From: Chiloscyllium plagiosum
Taxonomy: Eukaryota
DNA length: 63,958 nt
Reading direction: 5' to 3'
NCBI RefSeq assembly: GCF_004010195.1
Contig: NC_057741.1
Span: 42,634,941-42,698,898, forward strand
The position numbers and the translations under genes were made by a program. The notes under the pieces are model-generated. The model worked only from the letters and a program-made list of their open reading frames with translations. It searched no databases and was not told the origin of the DNA. Shown piece by piece: positions 63,037 to 63,958 of the stretch. Each line of letters opens with the position of its first letter. The first letter of the stretch is position 1.

Positions 63037-63255
63037 GGAGAAAGTGAGGACTGCAGATGCTGGGGATCAGAGTCAAGAGTGTGGTGTGGAAAAGCAGACA
63101 ATGTTAAGCAGCATCCAGGAGCAGGACAATCGACGTTTCAGGCAAGAGCGAGAATGTCCTGATGAAGGGGCTTATGCCTGAAACGTCGATTCTCCTGCTC
63201 CTCGGATGCTGCCTGACTGGCTGTGCTTTTCCAGCACCACACTCTTGATCTCACA
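63037..63255. mobile_element. Palindromic Penelope terminus (family A), hammerhead-like core at 63157-63189
   Basis: About 63065-63145 is an imperfect inverse of 63172-63252; CTGATGA-AGGGGC-TTAT-GCCT-GAAACGTC. Confidence 0.8.
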
Positions 63256-63420
63256 CTCTTCCAGATTTTCCTTTACTTTGGGTTCAGAATAGAATACCAC
63301 AACAATGCTGACCTCTCCCACCACTGGCCCGGAGCTCCTGCCACCTACGACAGGATGCAGAACCATGAAGACACCACCTGTTGTTTGGAGATATCATTCC
63401 ATGGCACCAAATCGAAGCAA

Positions 63421-63958
63421 GTCATAGGGACAGAGAGATATACAGCACAGAAACAGACCCTTTGCTCCAACTCATCCATGCCAACCAGATATCCTACCTA
63501 TCCAGTCCCATTTGCCAGCACTTGGCCCATATCCCTGGAGCGCGGAAGGCTGAGGGGTGACCTTATAGAGGTTTATAAAATCATAAGAAACACGGATAGG
63601 GTAAACAGACAAAGTCTTTTCCCGGGGGGGGGGGGGGGGAGTCCAGAACTAAAGGATACAAGTTTAGGGTGAGAGGGGAAAGATATAAAAGAGGCCTAAG
63701 GGGCAACACGGTGGCATGGGTGGTTAGCACTGCTGCCTCACAGCGCCAGAGACCCGGGTTCAATTCTAGCCTCGGGCGACTATAGAACATAGAACATAGA
63801 AGGATACAGCGCAGTACAGGCCCTTCGGCCCTCGATGTTGCGCCGATCCAAGCCCACCTAACCTACACTAGCCCACTATCCTCCATATGCCTATCCAATG
63901 CCCGCTTAAATGCCCATAATGAGGGAGAGTCCACCACTGCTACTGGCAGAGCATTCCA
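63421..63958. mobile_element. Cluster: inverted HER1 pieces, an HE1 SINE head, and a minus-strand CR1 3' end with (TTCTATG)n tail
   Basis: LRGDLIEVYKII on plus preceded by a reversed HER1 tail; SINE head at 63706-63780; tail repeat ATAGAAC. Confidence 0.75.

Overview
Vertebrate (elasmobranch/shark-like) genomic DNA, mostly interspersed repeats, with three N gaps. The organism is inferred from HE1-type V-SINEs and HER1/CR1 LINEs. Three spliced host genes can be built by hand. (1) The first coding exon of DCAF10 (minus, 863-607); the rest lies beyond the window's left end. (2) A complete 5-exon, 238-aa minus-strand gene (24382-14144) for a bacterial-type AhpD/CMD-fold peroxidase-related enzyme. 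It has an intact E-x11-CPYC-x3-H motif, a mitochondrial-presequence-like N-terminus, and a promoter carrying an ETS/GABP site and a tandem PBX/PREP-motif array. (3) A complete 3-coding-exon SMIM19 (plus, 28766-34206), divergent from the AhpD-like gene. The rest is nested, decayed CR1, L1, RTE and Rex1 LINEs, V-SINEs, pogo/Tigger-like MITEs and several Penelope-like element families whose termini carry minimal hammerhead ribozyme cores. Several locally templated, often inverted, insertions sit at junctions inside old repeats. The most notable items are the putative mitochondrial AhpD-type redox enzyme and the ribozyme-bearing short palindromic Penelope derivatives. Repeat boundaries are approximate.
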